Shown: positions 13,903 to 27,699 of the stretch, one piece after another | Layout of the letters: every line of letters begins with the position of its first letter | Numbering within the stretch: the first letter of the stretch is position 1 | Origin: Mesotaenium endlicherianum | Lineage: Eukaryota | Direction of reading: 5' to 3' | DNA: 64,000 bases | NCBI GenBank assembly: GCA_009602735.1 | Contig: WELA01002119.1 | Span: 128,196-192,195 of the forward strand | Program-made: the position numbers and the translations under genes | The notes under the pieces: generated by a model | What the model saw: the letters and a program-made list of their open reading frames with translations, nothing else | Told to the model about the DNA's origin: nothing | Databases searched by the model: none

Positions 13903-16145
13903 CTATGTACTCGATGGTTGACTGTCCATGTCCTTGTGCTTCTTGAGGAGTACATTCCTGTAGTCTGTGCACAGACAAAGACAATGGGTAAGGACATGTA
14001 CGAGTTTTCAGGCTTACTGAGAGGCTCTTTTAATCAAGGTGATTATGGATAACAACTTTGTTCTTGTATCTCACACATTGCTGCAGTTGAATTGCATGGA
14101 GGTAAATCTGGATCTGGACAAAATTTTAAGGATCCAGAAGTGATTGTTACCTTCTTGCTGCGGCCACAGAGCAGCTGCATGCCCATTCAGGGGGCTCTCA
14201 TTGTTAGGCTCTGCAACAAAATCGACACGCACATCAAACAGTATTAAGTGGGCACTCAATCTGTACACATTGCACACCTGGCTCAGCAAAACGGTCAAAG
14301 ACGAAAAGACAAGGCAAGGAAGAGGATGGAGTGGAGGGTGGGGCATATGTACCTCCTAGCAAGCTCTGGATGGACAGCAAGATCGAGCGGACATCGTATG
14401 CTGACGACCACTTCTCCTGCTCATGTCCATATCAGTCATGGATGTGAGGACGAGGCAGCATTACGCTGAAAACTAGCGCCAGCAAGCCACCCTTTGTTCC
14501 ACAGCACATGTCATTCTCTCTCAACCTACTACTTACCAACAAATTAGATGCCTCCAAAAATATGCCAGACCATGAAGCTACCTCTTATGTGTTGCCTTTT
14601 TTATCATCCTCATTTAGCACCAGAAGCAGGATGAAAATGCAGGCAGTCTTCAGAAAGTGAGCCCGTTTAGCACACCTCAGCGAGCCCGCATCCGCAGAAA
14701 TGGCAGGTACTGAGCAGGCTGCTACTGAGCAATCCTGTAGTGACACACACAGGCTGAGTCCGACAGCTAGTAGCTACAACGCCGATAAGATGGGTTCGTG
14801 GACAGTGAGGTCTTTGTCTCATACCTTGAGGATGTCGAGACATATATTGCCGTACTGGTCCACATTGGGATGGAAGCAGTACGTCTCAAACTTCACCGTG
14901 GGTGCCTTGAAGGGATAGTCTGCAGGGAACTTGAGGCTGAGATTGTACGTGAGACCCTCGTAGACTGTGCCTGTGCTCCCCTTGATAGTCCCTGCCCAGT
15001 TGAAGATGTTGTCCCCGTCTGGGAATGCAGATATTCCCGGGTTGCTGCAGACCTGCACGAGCCAAACTCCAATGATGAGAACAATGTGGCCAAAAAGATC
15101 TGTGCATGTGGAAGGATTTGCGACATTACTGAGCGGCGGAAGTTGCAAGTGCACCAGAGGATGGGCTTGGGGGGATGCGATATCGTCACTAAGAATGGTT
15201 GCCATGGGCCTATCTCTAGTGCGATTCACACCCTGAGTTTCACCAGGAGGCAACTACCATTGTAAAGTAACGTCCATTGGGACCTAAGATACTTTGTGGA
15301 GGAGGACATACAGCAGAAGGGTAGAGCCATTTTTTATTGTTCTGTGTCCTGCCTACCCTATCAACAGAGTGAGACAAGGCCATCTGGCTTCACAGATATC
15401 CCATGGGGGGTCGAAGTCCTTACCATAAGGGCCATCAGCTCCGATTGTAATCTGAAAGGGAAGACATGAAGCAGGAAGCAGGCAGGTTGTTCAGCATGGA
15501 TGATGTCAAGAGTAAGGACCATGCGAAAAATCAGTTTTAATAGAGAAAGGAGCCTGATGCTAATGTTCGTCTGCATTTACTTTTGCTTTCATACTACCTT
15601 ATAGACAACACCAGCTCTTGAACCTTAGCCGTAATGTGCGGCCTCCTTGATGTGATTACAACATGCAGTTGGATCAAAGAATATCCGAGACGAGAGACAA
15701 AAGCACCTCTCACGTGTTATTGCTGAGGCAACGAGTATAATCTTATTCGAGAGACTAAGCGACCTCTTACTGGACTTATTTAATACAATGACGAAACAAC
15801 AAAGAAAGAATGCACGCGATACACCTTGTGACTGATTTAGTAATAAGCTTTCCACGGTATGCATGAGGTGCGTACCAAGCAATGTCACTGGCTTGAATCC
15901 CTCACGGTTACTTCGAAACGGCAACCATAGCCCTTCCAACATGTATTACAGAGGTAACTGCATAATATATGTGCAGAAAACGAAGAAAAACTTGATGTAG
16001 CCTTTTAAATCAAAATCATGTGATGTTGTAGAGATCATTTGAGGCGCTCGTACCTCCTGGACACTGAATGGCTGTCCACAGATTGCGAAGCAGGGCGAGC
16101 ATTCTTGCCGTGGCCAGGAGCAATCTCTGTCGCGCCGCTGTTCAT
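13903..16145 (-). CDS. UBC20: Ubiquitin-conjugating enzyme E2-C (UBC19/UBC20, APC/C-associated class)
   Basis: Exons 16145-16054, 15451-15424, 15052-14825, 14416-14353, 14210-14151 and 13964-13903. N-terminal extension followed by [18 protein letters not shown]...[14 protein letters not shown]...[47 protein letters not shown]. Confidence 0.93.
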
Positions 16146-16568
16146 GATGTGAATGATTTGATCTCAAGCAAGAGAGAAAGATCAATATCAATACAGCGAT
16201 GGAAGAAGGGCTGCTGTGCACCCGTAGGTTATGTATAGACTTCTCCTGTAAGCCGGAAATGTGTTTGTGTGCGCAGTTGTGGAGAGGTATTTCTATACGG
16301 CAAGCTCGAATGAGCTCGATGAGAAATTTGAATTTTCGCCCGAAGTCCGGTAATTACGGAGGGGTTTGAGGCACTATCGGACCCAAGCGGACCAGCGATC
16401 CTATGACTGCATGCATGGTACCCTTTCCAGCAGCTTGAACATTTTAGATGGTTTGCGATAAGCCACACAGAGAAGCAGAAGCTTCATGCAAGCCCCGGTC
16501 GATAGGGGTGGGAAGATAGCTGTAGAGAAGGTTGAGGTATGTGCTGATTGTTTGAGGTGATTTATGTG
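16146..16568. promoter_or_regulatory. Short divergent (probably bidirectional) promoter between UBC20-like and CstF64
   Basis: The head-to-head ATGs are only 423 bp apart; TTTCGCCC at 16334-16341 fits the plant E2F consensus WTTSSCSS. Confidence 0.55.
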
Positions 16569-19500
16569 ATGAGCGGTCAGAGAGCTTCACGCAGTGTTTT
16601 CGGTAAGTTGGAGTGGCTGCTGCATTCAACATCCTGCTTTGAGCAAGAGCTGCTATTGTCTTAAAGGACTTCTGTTCTTGAAGTGCATTAGTGACCGCTT
16701 CTTGTATCCTGCCTCGCAGTTGGTAATATACCATACGACGCCACAGAGGAGCAGCTCTTACAGATATGCGAAGAAGTTGGCCCTGTTGTTTCTTTTCGGT
16801 ACGTGAATTTCAGCTAATTGAGTAGATTGTCGTCCACGTTTGCAGGATATGCTTTAGGTGGATAGCTAGGACTCTCCGGCTACGGTAGGATTGAATTTAG
16901 CAGCTTAGTCATGAATAAAACAAAGTTGGCCTTTGTCACCACGATCCTGTGTCGCCTTTCATGTATGACCCCCCTTTATTTCTATCCATCATGCATGAGG
17001 TTCATCTTGATTACCGTGGGTTTCACAAGTAGAGGCCATGTCTTTAGTTAATGCTGGACTTGGTAACAATGAGCATCAGGTTCCATGACGACGCAACCGC
17101 AAAGCACTGGCTACTGTGTGGGCTCCCATATATCTGCGCACAGAATGCCCAACTTTCGTTCCCAGTTGCAATGTTTTTGCACATAACAACTGAGTGTAGC
17201 ATCTTCCTGGTTGACTTGAATCAAGTCCATCTTTTTCCAAGTATGCCAAGGGTTTACAGCTATCCGTAAATTGGTGTATGAAACTTCCCAGTAACATGCA
17301 TACATCTTTTCTGGTCCTGGCCATCTGAAGAAAGATCCAGGTATAGCCAGCTGCAAACAATAAGACTCAAGGCACATGCAATGCTGAAGTGGAGAGCATG
17401 TGTAATTGATATGGGCCATGGCCTCTTTTGTCGAGGCAACTCCACGTCTTATCTCTCGTAAGGATTGAGAAAATAGAGCGTGACAAGCGAATCGCCAGTT
17501 CAAAGGCTCCAGGTTTAGAACTCCACATTATGTACTCAAGCCTCACATTTGCTTCATGGTTCCCTGGCTCATGATAGAATCCAGACCTTCTTGAGTGAAA
17601 AGGCATGCCTCTCCAAAGTCGTCAGCGGGGCAGAAAGGCAGCGCACTTGAGATGCTCAGGCCCATCTTTTGCAAGATGGACAGCAACTGAATGAAGAAGC
17701 TGAACAAAAGATTGACTTTCAAGCAGACAGTATGTTCTGAAGCTTCCTGAGCACATCTTGGCATGTTTGTAGGGCCAATGCCCAAATCAATGTGTCTCTC
17801 CGTGTCACCCACTGTCCCTTGCATCTCTCCCGTGCCTCCACTTGTCTCTTGTGCCTCCACCTGCCTCCACCTGCCTCCATCTGTCCTGTGTCTCTGTCGC
17901 TGCCTGTCTCGCTCTCTCTGTGTGTGTGTGTGTGTGTGTGTGTGCACCTCTGCCCCAGCCTGGTGCTTGACAGGGAGACTGGGAAGCCCAAGGGGTACGG
18001 GTTCTGTGAGTACAAGGACGAGGAGACCGCGCAGAGCGCACGCCGCAATCTGCAGGGCTATGACATAAACGGGCGCCAGCTGCGCGTTGACTTTGCCGAG
18101 AACGAGAAGGGCTCAGGCCAGGACAAGTCCGCGGTACGCTCCATTCACCCCCAGTATTACCTCCACTAGTGTTACCTCCACCAGGAACACCTTCACCAGT
18201 AGCACCTCCTCCGCCATCGCCAGCGGCAGCAGCAGCTGCAGCAGGGGCTGCCACAGAACAGGAGCTATGTCGTGGACTTCCAAACAGAAGCAATGCGTAC
18301 AAGGCAGTTATGGCTGGCCTTCTGTGTCGAGGGGAGGTCCATCTTCTTATGCTAGCTTAGCTGCACGGTAAAGAGGGAGAGGCATCAGATTGCTTCCCAC
18401 CTGTTCCCTCCCTGTAAGGCCTCCCGAGAAAGGCTTCCATCAAGGCAGATAAACCCAAAATCTTGGATGACAAGTTGCGTGCAAGAGAACGCCTGTCTGA
18501 TGCTTCTTGTGTTTTTAGGAATGGCTTCCATGGGGGGCGCGAGAAGTGCTCAGCTGATTCAGGGCAAATGTCATCTCTAGGAGGCTCTGTGATTGACGAC
18601 CCTCGACCAATTGCGTCGCATGCTGCAGGATCATGACAGCGGGTGACTGGAGGATGCAGTAGAGGCATACTGTGAGGAGTTTAGAGGAACGAGAGGAGGG
18701 GTAGTGATGCAATGTGCAAGGGAGCAGGCGTGCTGGTCGTGCGTGGGCGCGTTCACACTGCGGCCTTGAAGGGCAGGCTGGGGGGGCGGGTGGGAGAGAG
18801 GGACTTGCCTGTGCTGGTGGGGACCAAAGGAAGGCCCAGCTGCTCCTCAACTGCTTTTATGGCCGTGCAATGGGCGCTCGAGTGTGCAGGCGAAGGCAAA
18901 CGGCCCGCCGCCACCTGGCAGCTACATCTACGGTGCGTCCCTCACCTCCCCCTCCCACACACTGGGCTGGGCGGCCCTGGTCAGGCCTGTCAGACGGTGA
19001 CCCTCGTCTGTATTCGAGTTGGCGCCTGTCTAAGTCCGGGCATTCTGCGAGTAGGGGGGCACTCATCTGGATGAGTAGCTTGATGGGCTGCACTCTAGGA
19101 GCATTTTCAGAGAGGTCCTGATAGGTTTCCTAGTCTGCTGGCAGCCCCCTTCCCCTCCCACTTGCCTCGGCTTTGCTTCAAGAATTTTCCTCCCCTTGAA
19201 GGGCATAGCTTCAGGAGCCCGCAATTGTTGTCAATGCTTCTTCGGGTGCTACTGCCAGGTGGCGTGTCCCAGGCTTCAGGCTAGGCAAGGGCACATGTAG
19301 CACCTAGAGAGCAATTGATCTCCTGCAGGTGCTACTGCCAGGCGTCACTCACCTCCTAGGCCTCTTGTGCCCCCCCCCTCCCCCTCCCCCCCCCCCNNNN
19401 NNNNNNNNNNNNNNNNNNNNNNNNNNNNNNNNNNNNNNNNNNNNNNNNNNNNNNNNNNNNNNNNNNNNNNNNNNNNNNNNNNNNNNNNNNNNNNNNNNNN

Positions 19501-22500
19501 NNNNNNNNNNNNNNNNNNNNNNNNNNNNNNNNNNNNNNNNNNNNNNNNNNNNNNNNNNNNNNNNNNNNNNNNNNNNNNNNNNNNNNNNNNNNNNNNNNNN
19601 NNNNNNNNNNNNNNNNNNNNNNNNNNNNNNNNNNNNNNNNNNNNNNNNNNNNNNNNNNNNNNNNNNNNNNNNNNNNNNNNNNNNNNNNNNNNNNNNNNNN
19701 NNNNNNNNNNNNNNNNNNNNNNNNNNNNNNNNNNNNNNNNNNNNNNNNNNNNNNNNNNNNNNNNNNNNNNNNNNNNNNNNNNNNNNNNNNNNNNNNNNNN
19801 NNNNNNNNNNNNNNNNNNNNNNNNNNNNNNNNNNNNNNNNNNNNNNNNNNNNNNNNNNNNNNNNNNNNNNNNNNNNNNNNNNNNNNNNNNNNNNNNNNNN
19901 NNNNNNNNNNNNNNNNNNNNNNNNNNNNNNNNNNNNNNNNNNNNNNNNNNNNNNNNNNNNNNNNNNNNNNNCCCGTCCCCTCCCCTCCCCCTCCCCTCTC
20001 CCCTCCCCTCCTTTCTCCTCATTCGTAGAGTGTTGGGTCGTTTGACTCCTTAGCTGGCTCATGAACTTATGTCTCGACGGTGCATGTCACGTCGAGTGCA
20101 AGGCGTGGAGACAGGCTGCCCCTGTGAGAGCAGCTGCCTCGAGAGTGTGCCCAGGACGAGCGCTGAGATTGTCTATCCCGCCTTCCTGTTGCTTTGGGCA
20201 TGCACAGGGGGCCAGCAGCAGCCGCCGCCACAGCAACAGCAGCAGCCGTACCTGCAGCAGCCCCCGCTTCAGCCACATCAGCAAGGCCTTCCGCTGCCCC
20301 TGGGGCCGCCACCTGGACAGGGCCCTCTGACAGCGCAGCCCCCTCCCCCCCACTTTCGGGGCAGCCACTTCCAGCCACACCCTCAGGCCCAGCCCCAGCC
20401 CCAGCCCCAGCCCCAGCAGGCTCCCATGGGGCTTGCGGCAGCAGCAGCAGCGGCCTCTGCTGTGGCAGGCGCGCTAACGCCTCCCGGGCAGCCGCCGCCA
20501 GATGGTGGCGCCGCGGCTGGCGGCAGCGACGCGCTGACGAACCAGCTGGCCGGCATGTCGCGGCAGCAGCTGTATGACCTCCTCGCTCAGATGAAGGTGC
20601 GCGCGCCTGCCTGGAAGCGCTGCCGCTGCTCTTGTTACTGCTGCTAGTGGTGGTGCTGGTGCTGGTGTTGGTGGCGGGGCTACTGGTGAGCTGATGCTGC
20701 TGGTACTGCCAGTGCTTGTAGTGGTGATGGTGCATACATGTGCGTGTCCGGCGGGGGGGGAGAGAAGGAGAGGGAGAGGGAGAGGCAATGCATGCACACT
20801 GACCTCAGTGCTTCCAGTGCTGCTGCTGTGTGTCGCGCAACGCCACATCATGCCGTGCCTGCATGAAAGCGGCTCTCGCTGTCAATACGCCGGACAGTCT
20901 GCAGCTGGAGTGAGTTCCAGCAGCTGCCATTTGAGTGGCAGTCTCGCCCGCTTCTTCCTCCTCTATGTCTCCCTCTCTCCTCGCCCTCCCTCCTTCCCAT
21001 CCCTCCCCCTCTTTCCAAATTATGGGTTCCGGGGACAGCTGTCACACCCTGTGAGCGCCAGTCCCTACCCGCGGAGCAAACTTCTGGAGTCGGCGGGAGG
21101 ACTATACAAGCCGGATGATGCCAAGCCCCCAGTAGCTTTGAGCGGCGTGCGGCGGCTCTGGCTGCGGGTGGAGGAGTGAGCAACATGTGCACGTCTGAGG
21201 GCCCACTCCTAGTGCTCTCCGGCTAGCTACTACCGCCTCACCCTTTCCCTCCTTCCACCTGCCTCTGCTGCCTCTGCTGTGAGTGGGGGTGGAGGGTGGG
21301 GGGGGTGTGGGGTGTGGTGGGTGCAGGTGCTGATTCAGACCAACCACAGCCAGGCGCGCTCTGTGCTCATCGCCAACCCTCAGCTCGCTAGGGGCCTCTT
21401 CCAGGTGAGACTGAGGGGGGGGGGGGGTAACTGAGGGGGGAGGGAGTGATGGTGCGCTTGGGCTGCCTGGGTGTTGCCTGCGTGCAACACTGTGCGCAGC
21501 ACTGCTCTCTCTCCCCTCTCTCCCTTTGTGCCATGGCGCTCGCTTGTTTGTGTTTCTTTTTGTGTGTATGAAACTCTTCCTCATGGTTGCCGCAGCTGTT
21601 GGTACATGGTTTGCCTGTCTCCTGGCAGTAATGAGCTGGCAGCTCCGCCATGTCCGTGCCATGCTGCCAGAGTACGTCAAGGGGAGAGAGGAGAGGAGTG
21701 GCGCTGCTGTGGCAAGCAGCTTCTACTGCGTGCTGCCTGTCAGGCTGCCTGACGTGGTCAGGAGATATGGTGTGGGAATGGCCCCACTCAAGGTGGAGGG
21801 CAGGGCAAGACAGATGTTTGTGAGAGAAAGTGATAGGCGCTGACAGTGTCCATGTGACACTTGCACGCGTGAGTGTGTGCCCCAGGAAGAGAGCGAGTGA
21901 GTCGACCCTGACAATGTCCTCGTGCCTCCTCTGTGGGATCGCGTGTGAGCGTGCACCCACACTTTGGTGTGTGCGTGCACGCGTGCGTGTGTGTGCGTGT
22001 GGGCTGTCGACGGTGCGGCAGGCGCAGGTGATGCTGGGGATGGTGAAGCCCCTGGCCCCGGTGAGCTCTCCTCTCCTCCACTATTTTCCTCTGCTGGCCT
22101 GTCCCCTCGCTCGCTCGCTCGCTTCCTCTGGCTGTAGGACTTGTGGTGCGTGGGCTTGCCGAGCTTGCTCTCTCGCTTTGCACCCTCGTGACCTTCTAGT
22201 CACCGTTGCTCCCTGTTGCCTGACTTGGCTCTTCTTTCCTCTCTCCTGCCGTGCACGCCCCACCCCTTCCCAATCGCTCTTCCTCGCCCTCTTCCGGCCT
22301 CTCTCCACCTTTTCTCCACCTTTTCAGATGCACTCTCCTGGGTGGGGGAGAAGTTGGAGATCACACCCGAGAAATAGACTCCAACACGTGTCAGTTAGTT
22401 GCACATGCACGGGATGTGCGTGTGGGATGTCCTCCTTTGTTTCTGCCCCACCCTCATCCCTGCAACAACCTCCACAACTAGTAAAGCACAGAAGCAGTGA

Positions 22501-25500
22501 GCTCCTATTGGTGGAGAAAGAATTACTGCATCAACAAAGTGCCGACTCAGGCTTGGATGTAGGATCCGAATGGAGTCAGAGGTGTTTGTCAATCGTTGTT
22601 TCAGACAGTCAATACGTCAATGAGGTCCAAAAAGTCCTAGGGGTGCAGGAAGTTTTGGGCCTGCCTGCAGCTCCCACTCTTCCTCTCTCTCCTTCTTTCT
22701 CGCGCTATCTTGTCTCTCCCTGGAAGAAGCCCTGTTGTCAGGTCTCCTCTGCTGTGATGAGTAAGTCGTGGACTTACAATCGTGAGGTTATGCACTCACC
22801 TGCATAACTTTTCCTCAGAAGTAAGACCCCCCCCCCCCAGCGAGCACAAGCGAGATCCTTTACGACCCGCCTCCACTGAGAGGCGGGGAGCGCTGTCGTT
22901 CCCGCCTGACACTCTTGCCTGCCTGTCTGCTGGTGAGGCTGCAGGGTGCAGCTCTGCAGGCGCCTGCCGCTCCAGGCGCCGGGGCTCCGCCAGCTCAGGT
23001 ACACGCACCACGCTATCCAGCTCCGCCAGCTGGCATGCGCTGCTCCCGGCATGTGCTGACTCTGTCTCCTCTTCCTCCGACATTCTGCCGATGAAATCTA
23101 CCTCACTTAGGAGGAGGAGGGGCTGTATGGCGTTGTGCGGAGCTGGTGTTTCAACACTGTGTTGGGAGCCTCCTGGTTGCCCCTGCTCTGCCACGTGTCC
23201 AGCAGCTTGGCCCCTTCTCCTGGCGCCTGACGCACGCGGGCACTCTCGCTCGCACGCTCGCTTGCTCGTGAACCGCCTTCGCATGGGAGGGAACGCGTAT
23301 GTACTGGCAAGATTGCAAATGTATGATCCATTTTTGGAGTCGTGCCAACCCTTGTCCGGCTGACACATGTTCCGGCCCCCCTTCCCCGCCTGCATCGGAT
23401 GAACGAGGGGCACATGCCGCCCTCCCCATCCCCCTTGCGTGGGCCCCTGTGCCGCAATCCGCCCGTACCGCTTCCCTGTTGTCCTCCACCTGGCCTTGGC
23501 GGCGACTCGTGGCTTTCAAGACTGGCTGCTTTGTCCCCTACCCCCCGTGCCTGCCTGCGTGCGTGCGTGCATGCAACCATGTGTAGCAGTCATCTGGCAT
23601 TGGCCTGCTTCTTTTGTCCCCAAAACTGATGTGTGTGTGTGTCCGTGTGTGCGCGCGCACACGTGTCTGATAGGGGCCAACTTCTATCCCGATGATCTTT
23701 GAGGCCTAGCCTCGAAAAGAGCAAAGCCTACTATCCTACTGGAACGCTATGCAACCCAGCACCACCCTTCCCTTCCCTTGCTGTCACGAAAGTGTCAACC
23801 ACTCGCCTTATTTGTGTGTGCTAGCAAGGGGCCGGGGGTCTCTGGGGCTGTAGGCCTGTTGAGTTGCTCTTCAGAGTGCAGCGTGCACATTGGTTGTGAC
23901 TTCCCCTTCTTTGTCAACATTGAAGGCCCCCTGAGTCTGTCCCTCTGAGTATATCGCACCATCTCTGACACGTCTGACACGGTTTGTAGGTGCCGACATC
24001 TCAGCAGCAGCAGCAGCAGCTGCCACCTGGCTCGCAGCCCCCGCCAAAGGCTCTCCCCCAGCCCGTCCAGCAGCAGCAGCAGGGGCCGGGAGGCCAGCAG
24101 CTCCGCCCACCCGAGGCAGCGCCTCCTCCGGGACAGCTCTACCAAATGCAGCCTCCCCCTCAGCAGGCGCACCTGCCCCCCCAGCAGCCGCCGCAGCAGC
24201 AGATGCAGCAGCAAGGGCCGCCTCCCCCACAGATGGGATATGGCCCCCCTCCTCTCCACGGGCGGCAGCCGCCCATGCCCCAACCCCACTACCAGGTGAG
24301 AGGAGCCACTCTGCCACTTGTCCTTCTCTGACTCGTGCCACACGGCTTCCGCCAGCCCAACTAGAGATGATGCAAGAGAGGGTCCCACGCAGGCAGTCCC
24401 CTGGACCCTCTTGTTGTCTCTGCTCCCTTCAAGATAGCAGCTTGCTTTCTCACGCCGCTGTCCACCTGTCCTCTCTCAGTGGTCCAACAAGGCTCTGACT
24501 GGCGCGTAGCAAGAGGCCAGCAGGCAGCCACAGGAAGGAAGCTGGGTCCCCTTTGATGCTAGCGTACATCCCCGTTTGTCGCACACTTCCCTTTCACAAT
24601 GAACGTAACAGTGAGTTCTTTATGCCTTGCAGCAGCTACCAGGGAAAGAGGTGATGAGTCTGATGGGTTCCGTACTCTCCCACCCCTGTTATGAGCAGCA
24701 GCAGCTGCCGTCGCAGCAGCAGCAGCAGCAGCAGGCGGCACAGGCGGCACAGTCAGGAATGGTTATGCAGTTTGGGCAGGCGCAGCAGCAGCCCCCCCCT
24801 CAGGCTCAGTACCAGGTCAGCTTATCGTCCCAATATCCACCCTGCCCCCCCCTTCCTCTCCCTCCCACCCCAACCACAATCTTGTGCGTTTGTACACAGG
24901 AGTGATTGTATGGATGCGGGGGGGTGTGTACTGCCTGCTGTTTACTTGGAGTGCCCATCCAGTGCCCTTTGTGTGTTTGCGCATGTCTGTGTGCGTGTGT
25001 GCGCGTGACTGTGCAGAGGGAGAGCGCAAGGGCACTAGCGAGAGTGTTTGAGGGCTGCTTGTGTGGTGAGGCCCCATGGAAAAAAATGCTCTCTGTGTGG
25101 GCCTATTTGTATGCCGTTTGCCGCCCCAAGTGCCGCTTTCTGTGGTTGCCAAGTGCATCGTACCGCCCTCATGCCGCTTCCTTCAGCTGGTCAATGCCAA
25201 GTCAGTTACTTATTTGTGCCACTTTAGACAGCCGTTTGAGGGAGCGTGAGTGTGCCGCTGAGTGTGACGCCTGCTTCTGCCTGGCAGCAGGGCATGATGC
25301 CACCTGTGCAGATGGGCCCGCCTTCTCATCCCATGTCGCACCGGCCCCCGGGCGGAGCCCTGCCCGCCGCCATTGGTCCCCCCCATCCAGCTGGCCACAT
25401 GATGGGTCAGCCTGCGCCAGGTGGCCAGCCAGGAGCAGGCCCCATGCAGGGCATGCAGGGCCCCGGGTCAAGCGCGCCCCTGGGGTCTGACAGGGGCGGG

Positions 25501-26192
25501 GGCTACCAAGTGCCCCCACCTGCCCAGGGGTATCCTCAGCAGCAGATGCCGCAGCAGGCGCAGCACCCCTTGCCGGTGCAGCTTGGGCCCCAGCCAGTGC
25601 CGCAACAGCAGGCGCCGCCCCCCTTCAGCCAGCCCCCCCCTCAGCAAGCGCAGGCACTGCCACAGTCGCAGGTATTACGGAGCCCGCCCTCCTGTCTAGT
25701 TCCCCTGAGACGAGCTAAATGCGTCCTCTGGCGCTTCGTGTGTCCAGTTTGAGTCTTGGTGAAAGCGACAAAATTTGTTCTCCTTTGCGTCTGGATCTGC
25801 ATCCTGCCGGTTGGGAGCTCAAGCAGGCCGGTCTGTATACATCGTGCGTGCAAGAGTCTTGTGCTTGCAATCATGTTTGATGCCAGACGGGTTTTCATCC
25901 TGACACGAAGGCTCCATATGTTATTTGGCCCTCTGTCTAGTCCAATCGTATCTGGTATATGGTGATGGGTCAAACACCAGGTGCCCTAACAAGCCATGTG
26001 ATTGTCCATGCGGGCGTTGGTCATATTACTAACACTAACCTGACGTATTGTTTTGGACATCAGGTCAACATGGACCTTGAGCAGCAGAAGGCTCTGCTTC
26101 AGCAAGTCATGAATTTGACTCCAGAGCAGATAAATTCGTTACCGCCTGATCAACGAGCACAAGTACTGCAGCTACAGCAGGCATTAAGATAA
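16569..26192 (+). CDS. CSTF64: Cleavage stimulation factor 64-kDa subunit (RRM, hinge, P/Q-rich linker, C-terminal domain)
   Basis: Exons 16569-16602, 16720-16798, 17959-18133, 18890-18932, 20208-20596, 21327-21404, 22022-22060, 23990-24295, ~24699-24815, ~25288-25671 and 26064-26192. [19 protein letters not shown]...[20 protein letters not shown]. Hinge: [17 protein letters not shown]...[20 protein letters not shown]-terminus: [27 protein letters not shown]. An N gap at 19397-19971 lies within an intron. Confidence 0.93.
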
Positions 26193-27699
26193 ATTGGTAT
26201 GTTGAGCATAATGCTCTGATTGGGCGAGCACCGGCATAGATAGGGCGAGATAAGACTAGTTGCTTCTTTGAAACTTATTCGCTAGCAGTAGCTATGGTGC
26301 GCCTGTTTTCACCTGCCCCAAGTGCTCCTCACTGGTGATGTGAGGGCTTAAATTGGAGCTTGTTTAGTGCCTCTGCTTTTGAGGCAACAGCCAGCTACAC
26401 AAATGCGATTGCAGGGGGTATGAAGAATGGGAAGCATGGGGTGGCTTAGGGTATGCCTTGCTTTCTTGACGTTGCGTAGAAAATGTCCCAAGCGTAGCAA
26501 GAAGATATGCGTTGAACCCCGCCGTGACGAGGTATGCATACAGAATGATGGAGAAATTGCAAGCTCCCATAACCAGGTATTAACGTCTTGGTCTGACTTG
26601 AACCATGTTGTTTAATTGGATACTTATGATGCTGACTTATGTCTGTTGATGAGGGGCCAGCTTACAGTGGCCCGAACAAGCTTTGATATGTCTGGTGAAA
26701 GTATGCGACCTTGTACCAGCAATTACATCGATCTTGAAACTTAGGACCTGTTTTCCTTGCAACAGACGATTCTTTCACACCTTGTGAAACTTCATGAATT
26801 TTGCTCTTCTGTTTGAGATGTGTGCTAGTGCCCCTTCAAATTGTCGTATGTGGTTTTGTATAAAAATATAATATGTGAATGTTATCAACATGCAAATGCA
26901 GACATCTCTCAGAGAAGGTTACTAACTTATCATGCCACGTTATCATTATTAGATAGCATGCTTGCCATTAGTGATTCATGCCAAGCTATCATTATTAGAT
27001 GAAGTAGACACGTGATCTTGCGGAGGAACATCTAAATAAGAACGATAGCGCCAGGCGAATATTTACATGGACCTAGGGTAAAGGTAAATGTGGTATAAAC
27101 TTAGGTGTAGAAGCAGGCCTCATGGACCTTTCTAAAATGCAAAACATGCTCATTCTAGCTGAAAAAACTGAATGTATGACCTCAAAACATGTGTATGGGT
27201 CCAAACTACGGGCCCTAAAAAATGAATCAAAGTGGGTCATTATTCGCCGCCGAAATGAGACTTTACAGCAGGCTACTAGAGGTGGCCATAGGCTGACAGC
27301 CGGCTCACACTCCTACAAGGTCACCATAGAGAAGGTTGCGGAGCAGCCTAGCCCACAGGAGAGTCGAGACTGTGACGAGATGTGGGGTGGGAGACGGGGC
27401 AAAGCCCTTTGCAGCCCTACAGAGATGAGGCTCTGGAGGAGATCAGACGCACCCATACATGCTGGGCAGAAAGGGCAGCAAGCACTTGTTCTGCGCTGGA
27501 GCAGCTGCCAGGCGCTCCATGTGTGATTGATAATCAAAATGGGGAACCACCCCCATGATGGAGATAGACGCAGTAACATTGCCCCAGGGTCCCACTTGTG
27601 CCGTCCTCACGCTTGAAGGGAGAGAGCAAGGGAGCATGAACTGCAGCAAGCTGCACGTACTCGTGTTGTGCATACACGCCAAGTGGCTCCCCAATTTGA

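Noticed and set aside
19329..20062. ORFs of more than 220 aa
   Set aside because: Almost entirely an N gap.
21830..23702. Long ORFs inside CstF64 intron 7
   Set aside because: GC-rich low-complexity intron with overlapping ORFs on both strands and no domain signal.
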